DNA of 64,000 nucleotides from Hemiscyllium ocellatum (taxonomy: Eukaryota). Location of the stretch: NCBI RefSeq assembly GCF_020745735.1, contig NC_083402.1:42856004-42920003 (forward strand). Direction: 5' to 3'. This document shows positions 38,201 through 53,200 of this stretch, one piece after another; the first letter of the stretch is position 1; every line of letters starts with the position of its first letter. The position numbers and the translations under genes are program-made. The notes under the pieces are model-generated. The model was not told the DNA's origin. It did no database searches and was given only the letters and a program-made list of their open reading frames with translations.

Positions 38201-41200
38201 CATAGGTCAACTGAATCCATACTGTTCAAAATTATAAAGCAAATGAAAAGTTCAACTTTATTTAAAATATGTTGCCTTGCATGTTTCCCTACAGGTTCAC
38301 AAGTTGAAATCTCAAATGAAGAGTTAAAAGTCAAGCTTCAGGAAGTTGTGGAGGTGATTTTTTTTTCAGTTGAGAATGGTTTGTCTTTTGAATAGATTAT
38401 TGCTTTTTTTAAAACCTGTTGTGGGGTTATGTAACAAACAAACTGTAAGTATGAATGCAATTTTGTAAAATATACTGAAGAGGAGAGACTGAAAATTAGA
38501 TTAAATACAAACACTGGACATTTTGGACAGTGTGAAAAAAGTATAACTTGCTGCTTTTTAAAAAGTTAACTCAAGTTTAGCAAACTAAAAATAAGGCTAG
38601 AAAAATAAAACTTTGCATTTGAAACTTCATTAGTTTTCAAAGTTCATGGAAATGTGTTCTAAAATTATTTGCATTGTAAAGTTGCTGTGAGGCCAGATTA
38701 GTGTTTTAATCCCCCTTGACTAGTTCATACTGTTGTGTTTTTTTTAAGTGTTAAATGTAGAGAAATCTATACTCATGCTTTAGAACTGACAATTACAAAA
38801 CTCTACCAGTGATGTGTGGCTTATGAACAGTTAGATTGGGGTGGGGGCTATTATGTAGCAGTAATGATTTTGTAATTCTGCTTGTGTTCATTCAAATGCA
38901 CATTTTGATGGAATGTTTATATTCTATTGTAGAATGAGTAGTAGTGCATGTAACTTTCCTTAGCGGTTGAATGTACACAGAATGATTAATTTGGATCAAA
39001 GTATTATGCAGCAACCCAGCATTGATAACTTTAAGTGCAATGTTTGATACTTTGTTCAAAGAACTGTAATTTTGTCACTCATTTCAAATTTTTGTTTTGT
39101 AGGAAGCAGAATTTCTACGTTGTGAGCTTGAGGTAACACAACAGCAACTTGAAGGGAAATATGAAGCATTAAAGATACTACAGAGTATGGTGAGAAGCAC
39201 GTTGATATTGCTATTCTCAAATAAATGCTGTAGTCACGTACTTTTTATGGATTACTATAGATTGAGAGAATTGATATCAATAGCATGGAGACAAGCCCTT
39301 AGGCCTAAACTGGTCCATGCTGACCAAAATGTCTGTCCACACTAATCCCATTTCCTTACACTTGGCCCATATCCTTCTAATCCTTTCCAATCCATGTATT
39401 TGTCTAAATGCCTTTTAAATGTTGTTAATGTACCCACCTCAAACAATTCCGCTGGTAGCTCATTCCATATGTGTTTTAAAAAAAAGTTATCCCCCAGGTT
39501 CCCTTTTTTATTCTTTCTGCTCCAACCTTAAACTGATGCCCTCTAGTTCTTGATTCTCCAACCCTGGGGAAAAGAATGAGTGCATTCACCCTATCCATGC
39601 CTCTCATGATCTTACGCACTTCTATGATAGCCCTCTCAGTCTCCTATGCTCTAAAGAAAAAAAGTCTTAGCTTATCCAACCTCTCCCTATAATTCAGACC
39701 ATCGAGTCCAGGCAACATTCTTGTAAATTTCTTTTGCACGCTTTGCTGTTTAATAACATCCTTCGTATAAGAGGTGACCAAAACTGAACACAATATTCCA
39801 AGTGTGGCCTCTCAAATGTCCTCTATAACTACAGCATAATTTCCCAACTTGTTTACTCAGTGCCCTGACTGACAAAGGCCAATGTGCCAAAAGCCGCCTT
39901 CACTGCCCTGTCTACTAGTAACTCCACTTTCAGAGAACTGAAACTGAACTCCCAAGATTCCTCTATTCCTTTGCACTCCAGGCCCTATCATTCACCATGA
40001 AACTCCTGCCTTGATTTGACTTTGCAAATACAAAACCTCACACTTATCTCTATTAAACTCCACTTTCCATTTCTTGGTCCACTTCGCCAACTGATCAAGG
40101 TCCTGCTGCAATTTCTGATAACCTTCCTCACTGTCCACAATACTGCCTATTTTAGTGTCCTCTGCATACTTAGTAATCATGTCTTGTACGTTCTCATCCA
40201 AGTCATTGACATAGATAACTAACAGTAATAGGCCCAGCACCAACCCCTGAGGCACATCACTAATCACAGGCCTCCAGTCCAACAAGCACCCTTCCACTGT
40301 TACCTTCTGCTTCCAACCATCAAGCCAATTTTGTATCCAATTTACCAGTTTGCCCTGGATTCCATGCGATCTAACCTTCCAGAGCAGTCTGCCATGTGAA
40401 ACCTTATTAAAGGCTTTACTGAAATCCATAGACTACATCTCCTGCCCTGCCCTGCCCTCGTCAACCTTCCTGATCACTTCATCAAACAACTCTTTTAAAA
40501 AAAATTATTCAGGCATGATCTCCCACTCTCAAACCATACCTACGACTCCTAATCAAGCCATGTCTTTCCAATGCATGTATATATCTTACCTCTCAGAATC
40601 TTCTCAAGTTACTTACTCACCATAAATGTTAAGCTTACTGGTCTGTAGTTCCCTTTTCTTTGAATAATGGCACAACATTTGCTACCCTCCAGTTTTCTGG
40701 GACATCACCTGTGGCTGACGATGATGTAAAAATATCAGCCAGGACTCCTGCAATTTCTTTTCTAGCCTCTTGCAATGTTCTTAGATGTATCTGGTCAGGA
40801 CCAGGAGATTTATCCACCTTCATACATTCTAATACATCCACTACCACCTCCTACTGTGATGTCGACTGTCCCCAGGATTTCACCTCTAACTTCAAGTTCC
40901 CAAGTCTTGGTGTCTTTTTGCACAGTAAACGCAGGAGAAATATTCATTGAGAAACCTTGTCCATTTCCTGCTGTTATACACATACATGTCCTCTTTGGTT
41001 CTTGAAGGGCCCTATTCTCTCTCTGCGTCACCTATCCTGCCCTAGTTACCAAGAATAGGACAAGTTTAGCCCTTTCCCGAGTAGGACCCTCTAGAAACTG
41101 CTTGAGGAAACTTGCCTGAACGCATTTGACACATTCCACTCCATCTAAGCCCTTAATGATCTGGCAGTTCCAGTCTCTGTCAGGAAAATTAAAATCCCCT

Positions 41201-44200
41201 CTTATGCCAACCTTATTGGTCCTGCAAGTCTCCCCAGTCTCCCTACATATTTGTTCCTCTAATTCCCATTTACTGCTTGGGGGCCTATAGTACAAACCCA
41301 ATAACATCACCATCCCATTCTTATTTCTTAGCTCTGTCCACAAAGCCTCACTGGGATGATCCTTCAGTTAGTTTGATTCTGACAACTGTCATACTCGCTT
41401 TAATCAAAAATGCAATTCCCCTTCCATTCTTCCACCACCTCTGCCCCGCCTAAGCACCTGCAACCTGGCACATGAAGCTCCCAGTCCTGTCCCTCCCTTA
41501 GCCATGTTTCTGTAATGACTATAATATCCCAGTCCCACATACCTATTCACACTCTCAGTTCATCGAGCTTATCTGTCAGTCCTCTTGTCTCAAAAAAAAT
41601 GAAATTTAATGCAACAGACATTCCTTGTTCCATGTTGTGTTCCGGCCTGTCTCTTCAACTTAGTATTTCTGATTACTGTATCTTCTTTTGAGCCTTGCAC
41701 TCACCTCCCTGCTGTTGAGGATCCCCCTGCTAATGTGGTTTATACCCTCCCTTGCAGCACGAGCAAACCTAACCGCCAAAATATTAGTCCCCCTCCAGTT
41801 CAGGTGCAACCCATCTGTAAGCATGCAGTGGAAAGAAAAGCTTGACATGTCGGTGTAGTCGTACTGAATGCATAACTGATAATTTAGCATTAACATCAAT
41901 TCTGCTTTCACTCAAGTGAAAACTTTTGTTGTTTACATTTTGGTGGAATTCTTTTTAAAGTATGTGTTTCAGTGCATATCTGATTCCAAGATTTGTATGT
42001 GGAAACAAAGCAGTGCTATTGAAGATATTTATAAATGAAGATGTGGGCATTGGTGGCCAGACCAGCACTTATTGTTCTTTTTCTTGCTGTCCTTGAGAAG
42101 GTGGTATTGAGCTGTCTCCTTGAATCACAGTAGTATGTGTGGTATAGGAACTTCCACAGTGCTGTTGAAGTGCTGGAGTTCTAAGAAATAGTGATTGTTT
42201 TGAAGTTGAATATTGAAACTTCACAGTGACTATCTTGAGCTCCTAACTGCTTTCGTGGACATTGGGATTAACATATATGAATATGCATATATATTGATCA
42301 AGCAACAGTGATGGAGTGGCAGTATATATCCAAATTGGCTTGGTGTCACTTGCAATGGTTATTTTGATGTGGTCTCCCCATGACATTTCTTCCCTCCATC
42401 TCAATGGTAGAGTAATTAGTCATGTTGAAGCCACGTTTGTGGAGCACCCTGTTAGTTGTACATATTGTGGCAACCACATTCAGATTGTGGAGAAAACTAA
42501 TTTTGAATTCAGTGGTAACAGTCTCTGTCTTGAAGTTTCTTGAACTACTTCAGTGTTAATGAGACTACACCCATCCAGGTGTGAAAATTAAATCACAAAA
42601 TTAAATGATGGCTGTGATCTAGAAAGGCAGTCTTAATGAGGTGATAAAAATGCAGGAAAATAATTATAGGATGTGAAAATAATGGAGCAAGTCATTTAAA
42701 ATGCAAGCAAAAACCAACAATGAATACAGTACAATCGCATTGTGGTCATCTCAGTGGAGTAGTAGTCCAGGTACCTGGATGAATGATTTTGTAGACCAGT
42801 TCTACTATCAGTAATGGTGACCACAGAACTACTGGATATCAGTAAAAGTTGATCTGGCAACTCAGTGTCATTTAAGGAGTGTCACCTTTACTTCGGCTGG
42901 TTATATATATTATTGCAGACCCAACAAAAGCATGACTGCACCTTAACTGCCCATTTAAACATTCTAGCAATCCACCCCCCTTTCCTTTGGGCTCTATCTC
43001 CACCGATTGTTTACTCTTTATTTACCCTTCGCCCCCACAACCTATCTTCTGCATAAAAGCTGGCATTTTCCTAGCTACCATCAGTTTTGAGGAAGGGTCA
43101 CCGGATCCAAAATGTTGACTCTGATTTTTTTCTTCTTGGATGCTGCCAGACCTACTGAGCTTTTCCAGCAATTTCTGTTTTTGTAGCAATTGACTCAGTT
43201 GTACTAAGCCACATTCGGTGACCCAACAAAGTGGCTTCCTATTACTTTGAAAGCAATTAAGGAGAGTCAATAAATACAGGCATTTCTAGTTTTGCCACAT
43301 CAAGACAATGAAACAAAAAAAAATCTATATTTCAGGCTTTGCCCTGAGCATGTGTATTGCTCAGCTCTGTGAGTCAACTGTTCAGAAAATGAATTTTGAA
43401 CTTCCAAAATTGTGTACCAGAGCCACAGCTGGCTGAATGAACCAAACTACTTAGAAACAATTTATGAAGAAACAATTTATTTTGCCTGTACTTTTCTATT
43501 ATTCATTTAACAGCAGTTTTGAAATGAGCATTTTTTTTTATTAAGTATAGCAAATGATGCTCTGGTGATGCACTGCATTTGTTTATATGTACTTACAATT
43601 TTACCATTCGCTGTTTATCAGGCTGTGTTTGATAAAGCTACTGCACATACAAAGACATTACTTCAAAAAACAGGCGAACGAAACAAGATTTTAGAGAAGG
43701 TAAAAAAAAATTATTTTTCCTCTTAATTGAGTTTTTTCAAAACAGTTACATTTCAATTCAAATCTTTCTAGAATGGTCTGAAGAAAAGTACCTAACTTGA
43801 TCATTTTAGACTAAAAACTTTGACATATCGCAACTAAAACATATGCTGTAATTCTCCTCATTTTCAAATATGACCCAATTATTTTTGAAATTAAAACAGT
43901 TTGACATACATTTGTTAATATACCAGTGTTCAATATATGTCATTCTCTGCAAATGTTTTTGTCTTGGTGTATCTCAACCTCTTTTTCTCTGTATCCTTTG
44001 TGATTATGTTTATGTTGGTGACTTTTGACGGTACCAGGACAGACCAACTGTCATCTCTAGACTGTTTCAGCTCAATTTTCTTTAAATTGGATAACTTCAG
44101 AATCTTCATTTCCTCTTTTTCTCAAGTGGGTTATTAAGGGAGCAACATTAAAATGACCTGAACATGTTATCATTGCATTTACAAACTAGTACAAAAGTAG

Positions 44201-47200
44201 ATTTTCAAAAAAGCAAGTTAGGAAAGCTAGGATCAATTAGTGACCAAGGATTTCATCTGTGGACACAAAGGGTGTGGCTAACTTATTGAATAAGTACATT
44301 GCATTTGACTTCACAAGAGGATGCTGCCATTGTCACAGAAATAATTAAGAGATAATGAGGACTGAATGCTGGAGAGGTCAGTCAATAAAGTATCTGGCTG
44401 GAAAAAGCACGTCAGGTTAGGTAGCATCTGAGGAGCAAGAGAATTGACATTTCGGGCATAACCCTTCATCAGGACTGGGGAGGGGAGGGGTCTCAGAAAT
44501 AAATAGGGGGGTGGGGCTAGGTTAAAGGTAGGTGGACGAAGATAGGAGGTGATTGTGATAGGTCGGTGGGAAGTGTGGAGTGAATAGGTGGGAAGGAAGA
44601 TGGACAGTTAGGTCAGGTCAAGTCAAGAGGGCAGAGCCAAGTAGCAGGGTTGGATCTGGGATGGAGGTGTGGAGGGAAAATTTGGAAACTAGTGAATTCA
44701 ATGTTCAATTCCTCCTTCAGTCTGTAGGTGGTGGAGGAGGCAGAGAATGGACATGTCATTGGGGGAGTGAGAAGGGGATTGAAACGGATGGCCTCAGGAA
44801 GGTAGGGTTGGTTGATGTGTATGAACCAGAGATGTTCCCCGCACCATTTGCAAGTTTGCGCTCCGGCTGTCCAATATAGAGAAGACCACGTGGAAAGCAA
44901 CAGATTTAGTAAATGGGATTCGAGGATATGCAAGTAAATCTCTGCCGGATTTGGAATGAATGCTTTCTCTTCTGCTTCAGAAGCCTACAAATACATGACC
45001 TCAGCATTGAATTCACCAGTTTGCAAGTCTCTCCTCTACCCCAAATCAAAACCCTCTGACTTGGCCCTGCCCTTTTGTCCTGACTTACCTGTCTTAACTG
45101 ACTTATCTGATCTATCACAATCAGTTCCTACCTTTGTCACCTATGTTTCCCATAGCCCCATCCTCCTCCAGTCCTGATTAGGGTTATGCTCAAAACTTTA
45201 ACTCTTTTGCTTCTCAGATGCTGCTTGACCTGCTGTGCTTTGCCCAGCCCTACACTTCATCAAATCAGAAATAATTACAGGGTGTTAGAGAAATTAGATC
45301 TAAATGAAGAAAAGGTGCCAAAAATTATTGGTAATGATCAAAGCAGCAATCCATGTCAGACACAATTGAGTTTGTTAAGGAAGTTGAAAGTTTCTTGCCA
45401 CAATTTTCCAAACTTCCTTGCTGTACTCATGTCTATTTAAAGAGGAAAGCAGTAGTAACTGTATGAGAGTCAGCCTATTCATAGTGGTACTGAAACTGAG
45501 ATAGTAACACAAAACAAGAGTAATTGGTATTTTGTAAAATTGCCTAAGAAATGAAAAGCAGCAGATTTAAAAAAACAAGTTGAGTTCTATAATTTATTAG
45601 AATGGCTTCATGAGGATTGCAAGATTGATCTGTACGTTGAACCTTTGGGTTCTAAAAGACAGTTACTTCATAGGTACAAAATTAGCTAAGGGACAAAAAC
45701 CAGGGTGTAATATTGAAGGGTGGTTTTCAGACTCGAGGGAAATATGCAGTGGTCCCGCTGAGTGGTAGATGTTGTTACTGCTGCTTTTTATGATAAATGT
45801 GATTCAGACTTGGTTAAACAGGGTGCAGTTTTAAAGTTTAGAGATGACAGGACTCCAATGCAGTAAATTTTTGTACAGAGTAGTAACAGATTTTGAAGGT
45901 GTATTTGTACAGTCTTTGAAGGTAATAGGACACATTAAGAGGTATAAAGAGTCTTTTAAGACTGGCCAAGTTCATGACAAATAAATGCTCCCTTGAGGAA
46001 TTAGAAGCTTTACTGGACAAGTAATATAGCCATGACCAACTGAAAAAGTTAAGCGTAGTGTTAGGCTGTACAATAGCAGGACTGAATGGGTACTAAAAAC
46101 CATCCTATGGTGACCAACAAATTGACAGTGAAAAAGGTAGAATAAAGTAGAGTACATGAGCAGGGTGTCATAGATGGACCAGACCCCCTCAAAACATTTT
46201 AAGAAGTTAGCCTAGACGCTGACTTTTTCTTATTTTAAAGGTACATGTGAAGTGCATGTTCCAGAAGTGATAAACTGTCAAACCACTTGATGTTAAGTAA
46301 AACACAATTTATTTAAATGCTATAGTTAAAATTAGTACCCATTACTAGTTCCAATACAGAATCATCTCATAAGCACGCCCCTTGGCAAAAAAAAATTCAG
46401 ACACTGATTCATACATGCCATTCAACATTGAGATTTCAGAGAAAGTCACAGTTAGGAATCATCTACTGAAGCTCCAACTCTTCTGGGACCCAAACAGCTT
46501 CACCTGATTTGGGAACTGTTTTTCAGCAAAACGTAAAGGCCTCTCAAACTATTGATTTAAGCTGACTCCCATAGCCACTTCAGCACCTCTCTTCAACAAA
46601 CCCAGGACAAAATAACCTTTTTAAAATGACAGTATTGTCACATAGCAAACATAAAAAACATGGAAGCATTGTAAAAACTTTTAAAAAGAAATAAATTAGT
46701 GCAAGTAAATGGGAATCCCTCTGAGTAAGAGACGAAGACAATTAGAATGGGAATCATGAAATGGCAACAATATTAAAAAAATTTACTTTGATATTTGCAG
46801 TGGAAGTATAAAAAAATGTGTTGGATATTGAGAGAAACTAAAAAGAGGTAATGAGAATGAATATAATACTGGTGTAGAGAAAGTACTGGTGAAATTGAGA
46901 GTAAAAGCTGACAAATACGCTGGATTCATGCCATAGGATTTTTTAAAAAGGTGGCAACTTAGAGGATGTTTTAGATTTGATTCTCCAGGATTCCACAGAT
47001 TCTAGAACCTTCTGTGTTGACAGAAAAGCAGCAAATGTCACCTTACTGTTAAAGAAAGGAAGTAAAAACGACAGGAAGTGATAAATCAATTAGACTTGCA
47101 TCAGGAACAGGGAAAATGTTTGAAGTAATTGTTAAGAAAGTGGTTACAGTGCACCTGTGAAAACACTATAATTAGACAGTCAATCTGGTTTTATGAAAGG

Positions 47201-50200
47201 AAAATAATGTTTAATCAATTTTAGTTTTCTGAGGCTATAATTAGCACAGTAAATATGCAAGAAAATTTTATTGTTTCAGAAAGCATTAAGATCTTCGCAC
47301 AAGGTTAGGTTTTGATGGGATATGTGTAAATTTATTGGTTTAAGGATTGATTAATGGGTTAAAAATGCAGTACATGAATAGACAGTAAATTTTGGATTGT
47401 CCAACTGCCCTGCAAGGATCAGTGGCTGAGCCATAAATATTTTGAATTTTAAATGAGAGGATTAAGAGTCAGGTATAAATGTTTGTTGCTAATACAAAAA
47501 AAGTCACAGAAGCCTGTACACGGGCTAAAGGAACCAGACAATGTGAGCAAATATTCACTTTGGTAGGAAGAATAGAAAAGCAGAGTGATTTTGTTATGAA
47601 GGTGTGGTTTGAGTAAATTTTTGAGATGTAAAGACTCTGGTACATGAATCACAAAATTTACATACAGATACAGCAAGCAAATTGGAAGGCAAATGATGTA
47701 TTGGCCTTTGATTGCTAACAGGTTAGAGTATAGGAGAAAACAAGTCATGCTGCAAATAGGGCTTTGGTGAGACTAGTCTGGGAGAATTATTTACAGATTT
47801 GGTGTTTTTATTTAAGAATGTAACATCTTCCAAGATAAGTGCAGAAGGTTCACTAGATTGATGGGATTTTTAATTGTTCTTTCACAGGATGTGGTACCAC
47901 TGTCACTCATGTATAATGTCCTTTCAGGGCTCTTTAAAGGCAACACTGTAATTTTGGAGTCACAGTAGGTGAGAACAAGTGAGGATAGCAGATTTCCTTC
48001 TGGGAAATTGTGTCCCAGGGGCTGTAAATGCTCAATTGCTCAATGTTTAACATTTGAGATAAATGAGACTTTTTTGACACGGAAGAATTCAACTGAGAGG
48101 TTGGGAAAGATTTTGGCTCTGATCTTAGATTAGTAAATTTGAGAGATTATGAGGTGTATTCATGTTTTGTATTCTTATTAGTAATCACAAAGAAATCAAA
48201 AGCAGGAAGTTATGCTGAACCTTTACGAAACACTGCTTTGGTCCCTGTTAGTGTATTTCGATCATGATGGGCAAAATACTTGTAGGGTGTCAAGCCATAA
48301 AGGAAGATGCGGAAGAAATTTATTGACTAGTTAAGGGGTAAAAACCTTCAATGGAGAAACCAAAGTAAATGGTTGCTTTCCTTGGAGCAGCGAACGTTAA
48401 GGGAAGATTTGATTGAGGTATTCAAAATCATTAGTGGTTATGATACTGAATATGTAAATATGGGAATGCTGATTCAGTATATGGATGCTCTTCATGGCAA
48501 ATTGTTAATAAGTACAGGAAATAGATTTAAGATGATTGGCAAAAGAACCAGGTGGCTACATGAGGAAAGTAGTTTATACAGAGTTGTCATGTTCTGGGAA
48601 ATGCTGTCTGATGGAGGAGTAGTAGTAGTAGTAGTATTCAAAAGGTGGTTGAACAAATTATTGATTGAGGGTGGGTCGGTGGGGAACGATTTGCACATTG
48701 CAAAGTGTAGGAGAGTATGTTTTGTGTTTAATTTGTAAACCAAAAACAGCTAATCAAAACCAGAATAATTGTTCCTGTCCTTTGAGATTTTAAGTTTTTC
48801 TAATTGTTTTTCCCAGTATCTGTTGTCAGTACTTGAGTGCATTTAACCATAAAAGTAAAATGCTACAGTCGATCTACTTGGATCATCCTGAAAACAATAT
48901 CAAAATGCCTTTAACAATCTACCTTTTGATGAGAGTAGAAAATGTATGTGACGTTTTGTTACCCTTTCTACAGGAAGTGAATATATTACAGTGGGAAAAT
49001 GATTGGAAATTGGATAAATTTAAGAATTTGGAACAGATCTGGATTGGAAGATATGATCGGTTAGTGGACTAATTATGAATGTAACATATTTCAGTGCTTG
49101 TTCATTGTACTGTGCAAAATTCATGCAGATAGAGGCCATTCAGCTCCTTTGAGTCTGTATTGACCTTCTGAAGAGCATCCCATCCTATTCCTGATAACCC
49201 ATATTTATCAATAGTTAATGGACCTAACCTGCATATCCCTGGACACTAGAGAATTTTGCATGGCCAATCCACCTAATCTGCACATTTTAGACAATGTAAT
49301 AAAATCTTCCTTTTGAGGAACGCATTGAAGTTTTTTCGTTTAAAATCAGCTGGTCTCCCATATGATTGTTAATAATACTTAGTTCACTGGTGTATTCTGA
49401 CTATATGGTGTTTTTGGGAGGAATACATTGCCACATCAAAATGGTCCCAGTGAAAACAATGAGTATATATAGGGGGATAAGTTTAAGGCAACTTATTTGA
49501 TGTTGAATTTTTGACTGTGATGATCTTTCCATGCTTGCATTGATTTAATCCCATGAACTTTCATTCCTTCTAATATTTTAGTATGGCTTCTTCCCACTCA
49601 TTTGAATCCTTATTTTTCTGGAAGTTCTTGGTGCCCTGTACAGTGAATTCCTTGTTTGGTGAAGAGTAATAAAGACAGTGTGGCTCAGACCCTTGGCTTG
49701 AGTTGACTCACCAGCTGGCTGAAGATTGCACAAGATTGGACTCTTAGGTGCCTGCTGGACTTAGAAAGCTGTTGCAACTTTCATTTGTCTAATAGTCTTG
49801 CATATATTTACTTTCCCCACAAATAAAGGCAAGCATATATTTATGCGTATTTTAAAATCAAACATCGTCCGTAAATCAGGTGTGCAATGATCACGAAGTC
49901 CACAGTAATGGATTGTTTTTGTGTTGAGTTCCTTCGTTCATGGATTGTGGCTTGTGACCTAGTTGATTAGGCCTTTTTCTCTTGTTCTGAATTACTTGTT
50001 TTTTGGTTCTCACTATCCCAATCACTTGACTTGTAGCAATCTGTGGTATTTCCCGAGTTGAGCTGTAAGTCCTCTTTCTCTCTCCATTTCTGAGCATCTC
50101 TTTCCCTTCTTTGTGTCTTGCTATCCATTTATTTTCTGTTCTGTCAGAATTTGATCACTCATCCCGAGTGTAGCTTTGAGAATATCTTTGGGTTGTCAAC

Positions 50201-53200
50201 ACCTTTTTCTTTTTGTTAGTGAGAAATTCTGTTGTGTGCTTTCCAAGACTTGTGTATTTTTGGAGGTTTGAGGTTGGATCATTTGTGGATCATTGGAGGT
50301 TTGCTTCCCTTTTCTTTTAGCTAGTGTTGCTATGTGGATAATGGCTGGATTTCCATTCATAGTGTAAGTGTATATCTAGGTACTTGTTGCAATTTAGGAA
50401 GAACAAGATTGTTTCTGAGATCATTGAGGCTAACGTGCTGTCTGCTGGAATTGGCAATCTGGGAAGTTTCAAGCATTCTGTACTGGACATGCCAATTTTG
50501 AATGGATGGAATGTCTGTCAGTGATCTTGCATTTTCAGAGGACTTCCAAGGACATGTCTGAAAAAATGAAGAAATTATGTCATTGGAAACAAAGGTTCGA
50601 CCTCACAGCTCAGAACATTCCCACCTATTGTCTGGAAGTTGTGCATACACTCTAAGCATCTGGATGTTACAAGTGTTCATGCAAGTGGATGTGTGTTGAA
50701 TGGGTCCTGTAGTGGCATGTCTTTGTCTAAGGCAAATAAATCTGAAAATTATAAGACCTGCTACTTCTAATTTCATATCAGAAGGTTTTCTTACTTGTGC
50801 TTTGAACAGAGTCAAATCAAGTGAAATTGTCTCTACTTCTGTGTGTCTCTCTATTCTGAGATCCTGGACAGACCTAAGAAGCCTATAAAATTCTAACAGG
50901 AACAGACAGGATAAACACAAAATGGATGTTCCCGATGATCAGGGAATCCAGATACAGGGGTCATAGTGTAACAGTTTGGAGTAGGCCATTTAGGATGGAG
51001 ATGAAAATTTATTTTCACCCAGAGAATGGTGAGCCTGTGGAATTTTCCATCATAGAAAGTAGTTGAGACCAATGTCAGTCCCGTCCTCCCAGGAAGCAAT
51101 CAGATAAGTCATGGCATTCCCTCCATAGCCAAAATATCATGCTTCGATAAGGGCACCAAAACTGCACACAATTCTACAGGTGTAATCTCATCAAGACCCT
51201 GTACAATGCTGTCCCTGCAGCAAGAGATCCATGCTCCTGTACTCAAACTCTTGCTGTGAAGGCCTTCATACAATTTGCCTTCATTACCGCTTGCTGATTC
51301 CCTATTTCCAAATCTATTGCAATTCAGATAATCTGCCTTCCTGGTTTTGTGACCCAAGTGGATAACCTCACATTTATTTACATTATATTTCATTTGCCAT
51401 GCATTTTCCACTTGCTCAACTTGTTCAAATCATATTAAAGCATGTCTGTATTGACATCACAGTTCATCCACCCACCCAGCTTTGTGTTGTCTGAAAATGT
51501 GAAGATATTATATTTAGCTTCCTCATCTAAATCGTTAATACTGTGATATTATGTCAGTAGTTCAATTTTGAGTTATTTTCATGTGTCAAATAATTATTTT
51601 TAAAGGCTCCATATTTGAACTTTGATTTTCCCAAGCATTTGCATATGAATACTGCAGACTTCAGGTATCCTTTCCTTTACAGGATATGTATTGAAAATGC
51701 TGAACTTTCAAAAACTTTGGCGGCAAAAGATAGTGAGATTCGGAATCTCAAATCAGAAAATACAAGTAAGTTTTTAGAGCATTACTGAAATGTGACGAGA
51801 TGAAACACCCATCATCAGTCTGAAGTAGATTCAAATATAAATCTCAGAAATGAAAGTCTGGTTTTGTAATTGTTGATTTAATAGTTCTCAAATGTTTTGG
51901 TATTTCTTTAGTTCCCTCAAATTTCTCCTGCCCACTTGTCCTAAGTCCTGACCATCACCAGTGTTGTGGTGAAATTATGCTGGGCTGGTTAACCTGATTA
52001 CCTTGCACATTATTCATGTGCACGTCTTGATGTTGAGTGGTGTATTGCAGCAAAGTATGTTCCTGTCCCCAACAATTTTCTCCATACAGTAAGTCTCCAT
52101 CTGAACAATCTCTCAGCCGATTAAGAATGAGATTTAAAATCTTTGTTAATCTATAATACTGTACTTGTTTTAAATTTCCTCTTCCCATGTGATCCAATGT
52201 ACTGCAGTTCAAGGTAACAACTCTCATGTACCCTGAATGTTGATAGGTTGCCTAAATGATAACTCTTCCACAGTGAACCAATAGCATTTTATCTCAATCA
52301 GATTTGGGAATTAGCAGAACAATTTTTGACTTTTCGACTTTCATTTGGAAAAAATTGGGTGATGGCAGCTTTATAATTTTAAAGAATGGCTTTCTGGTCA
52401 AATAGTTATTTGGACCAATGCCTTTAAAATCATAACACAATATTTGTACTTGCATTGATATGTTCAGTTCATAATAATTAAAATTGATTAAATTTAGATT
52501 AAAACTTGTCGAAAGGTCTATTCTAAGTGATTGGATTTGCAAACCTTGAAGGTTGATCTGTGGCATCCTTTTTAGTGTTTGGAAATGTTTGCTGTGACAC
52601 TTTAGATATTGACATTGTTGTACATGGTCCATTATGTTTGTTTTCTTAGTTTTGAACCAGCAGTGTTCAGAATTACTTGCAATGCTTGATGCAAAGGATC
52701 AGCAAATCTTCCAAAACACATTGCCAGTAAACAAGAAAGGCTTCACTGAAGTTACAACATTGGAGGTAAAGATCTAAGAAAACCCCTTTACTTACAGTTT
52801 ATAATCTGCTACCATTCTGTGTTTACTTTGTAAGAGATTCTGGTTGATTAGTACATTGATGCCAAATTTAAAAAAGTACAAATATATTTCTTGATAATAC
52901 TCGAACTGGCTCTGGACAAACCTTTCAGATTCCCTATGATGCATTCACTATTTTGGATATGCTGTTTGGGAACAAGTATACAAGGCCAAATTGTTCTCTT
53001 GAAACAGTAACCAATAGGAGTGCTAACTACAGCATTGGTTGAGATTTTGGATTCAATGTGGCAGCAAACTGAGGCTGATTTGGCTGAAAGCCGGAGAAAA
53101 GCAAAAAGCAAAGGCTCAAATTTTCACTTCAGAAATTTCTCCTGTTATCCCCTATACTGCAGTAAAATTGTTTGAATCCTTTCAAGCAGAGTCTTAATTT

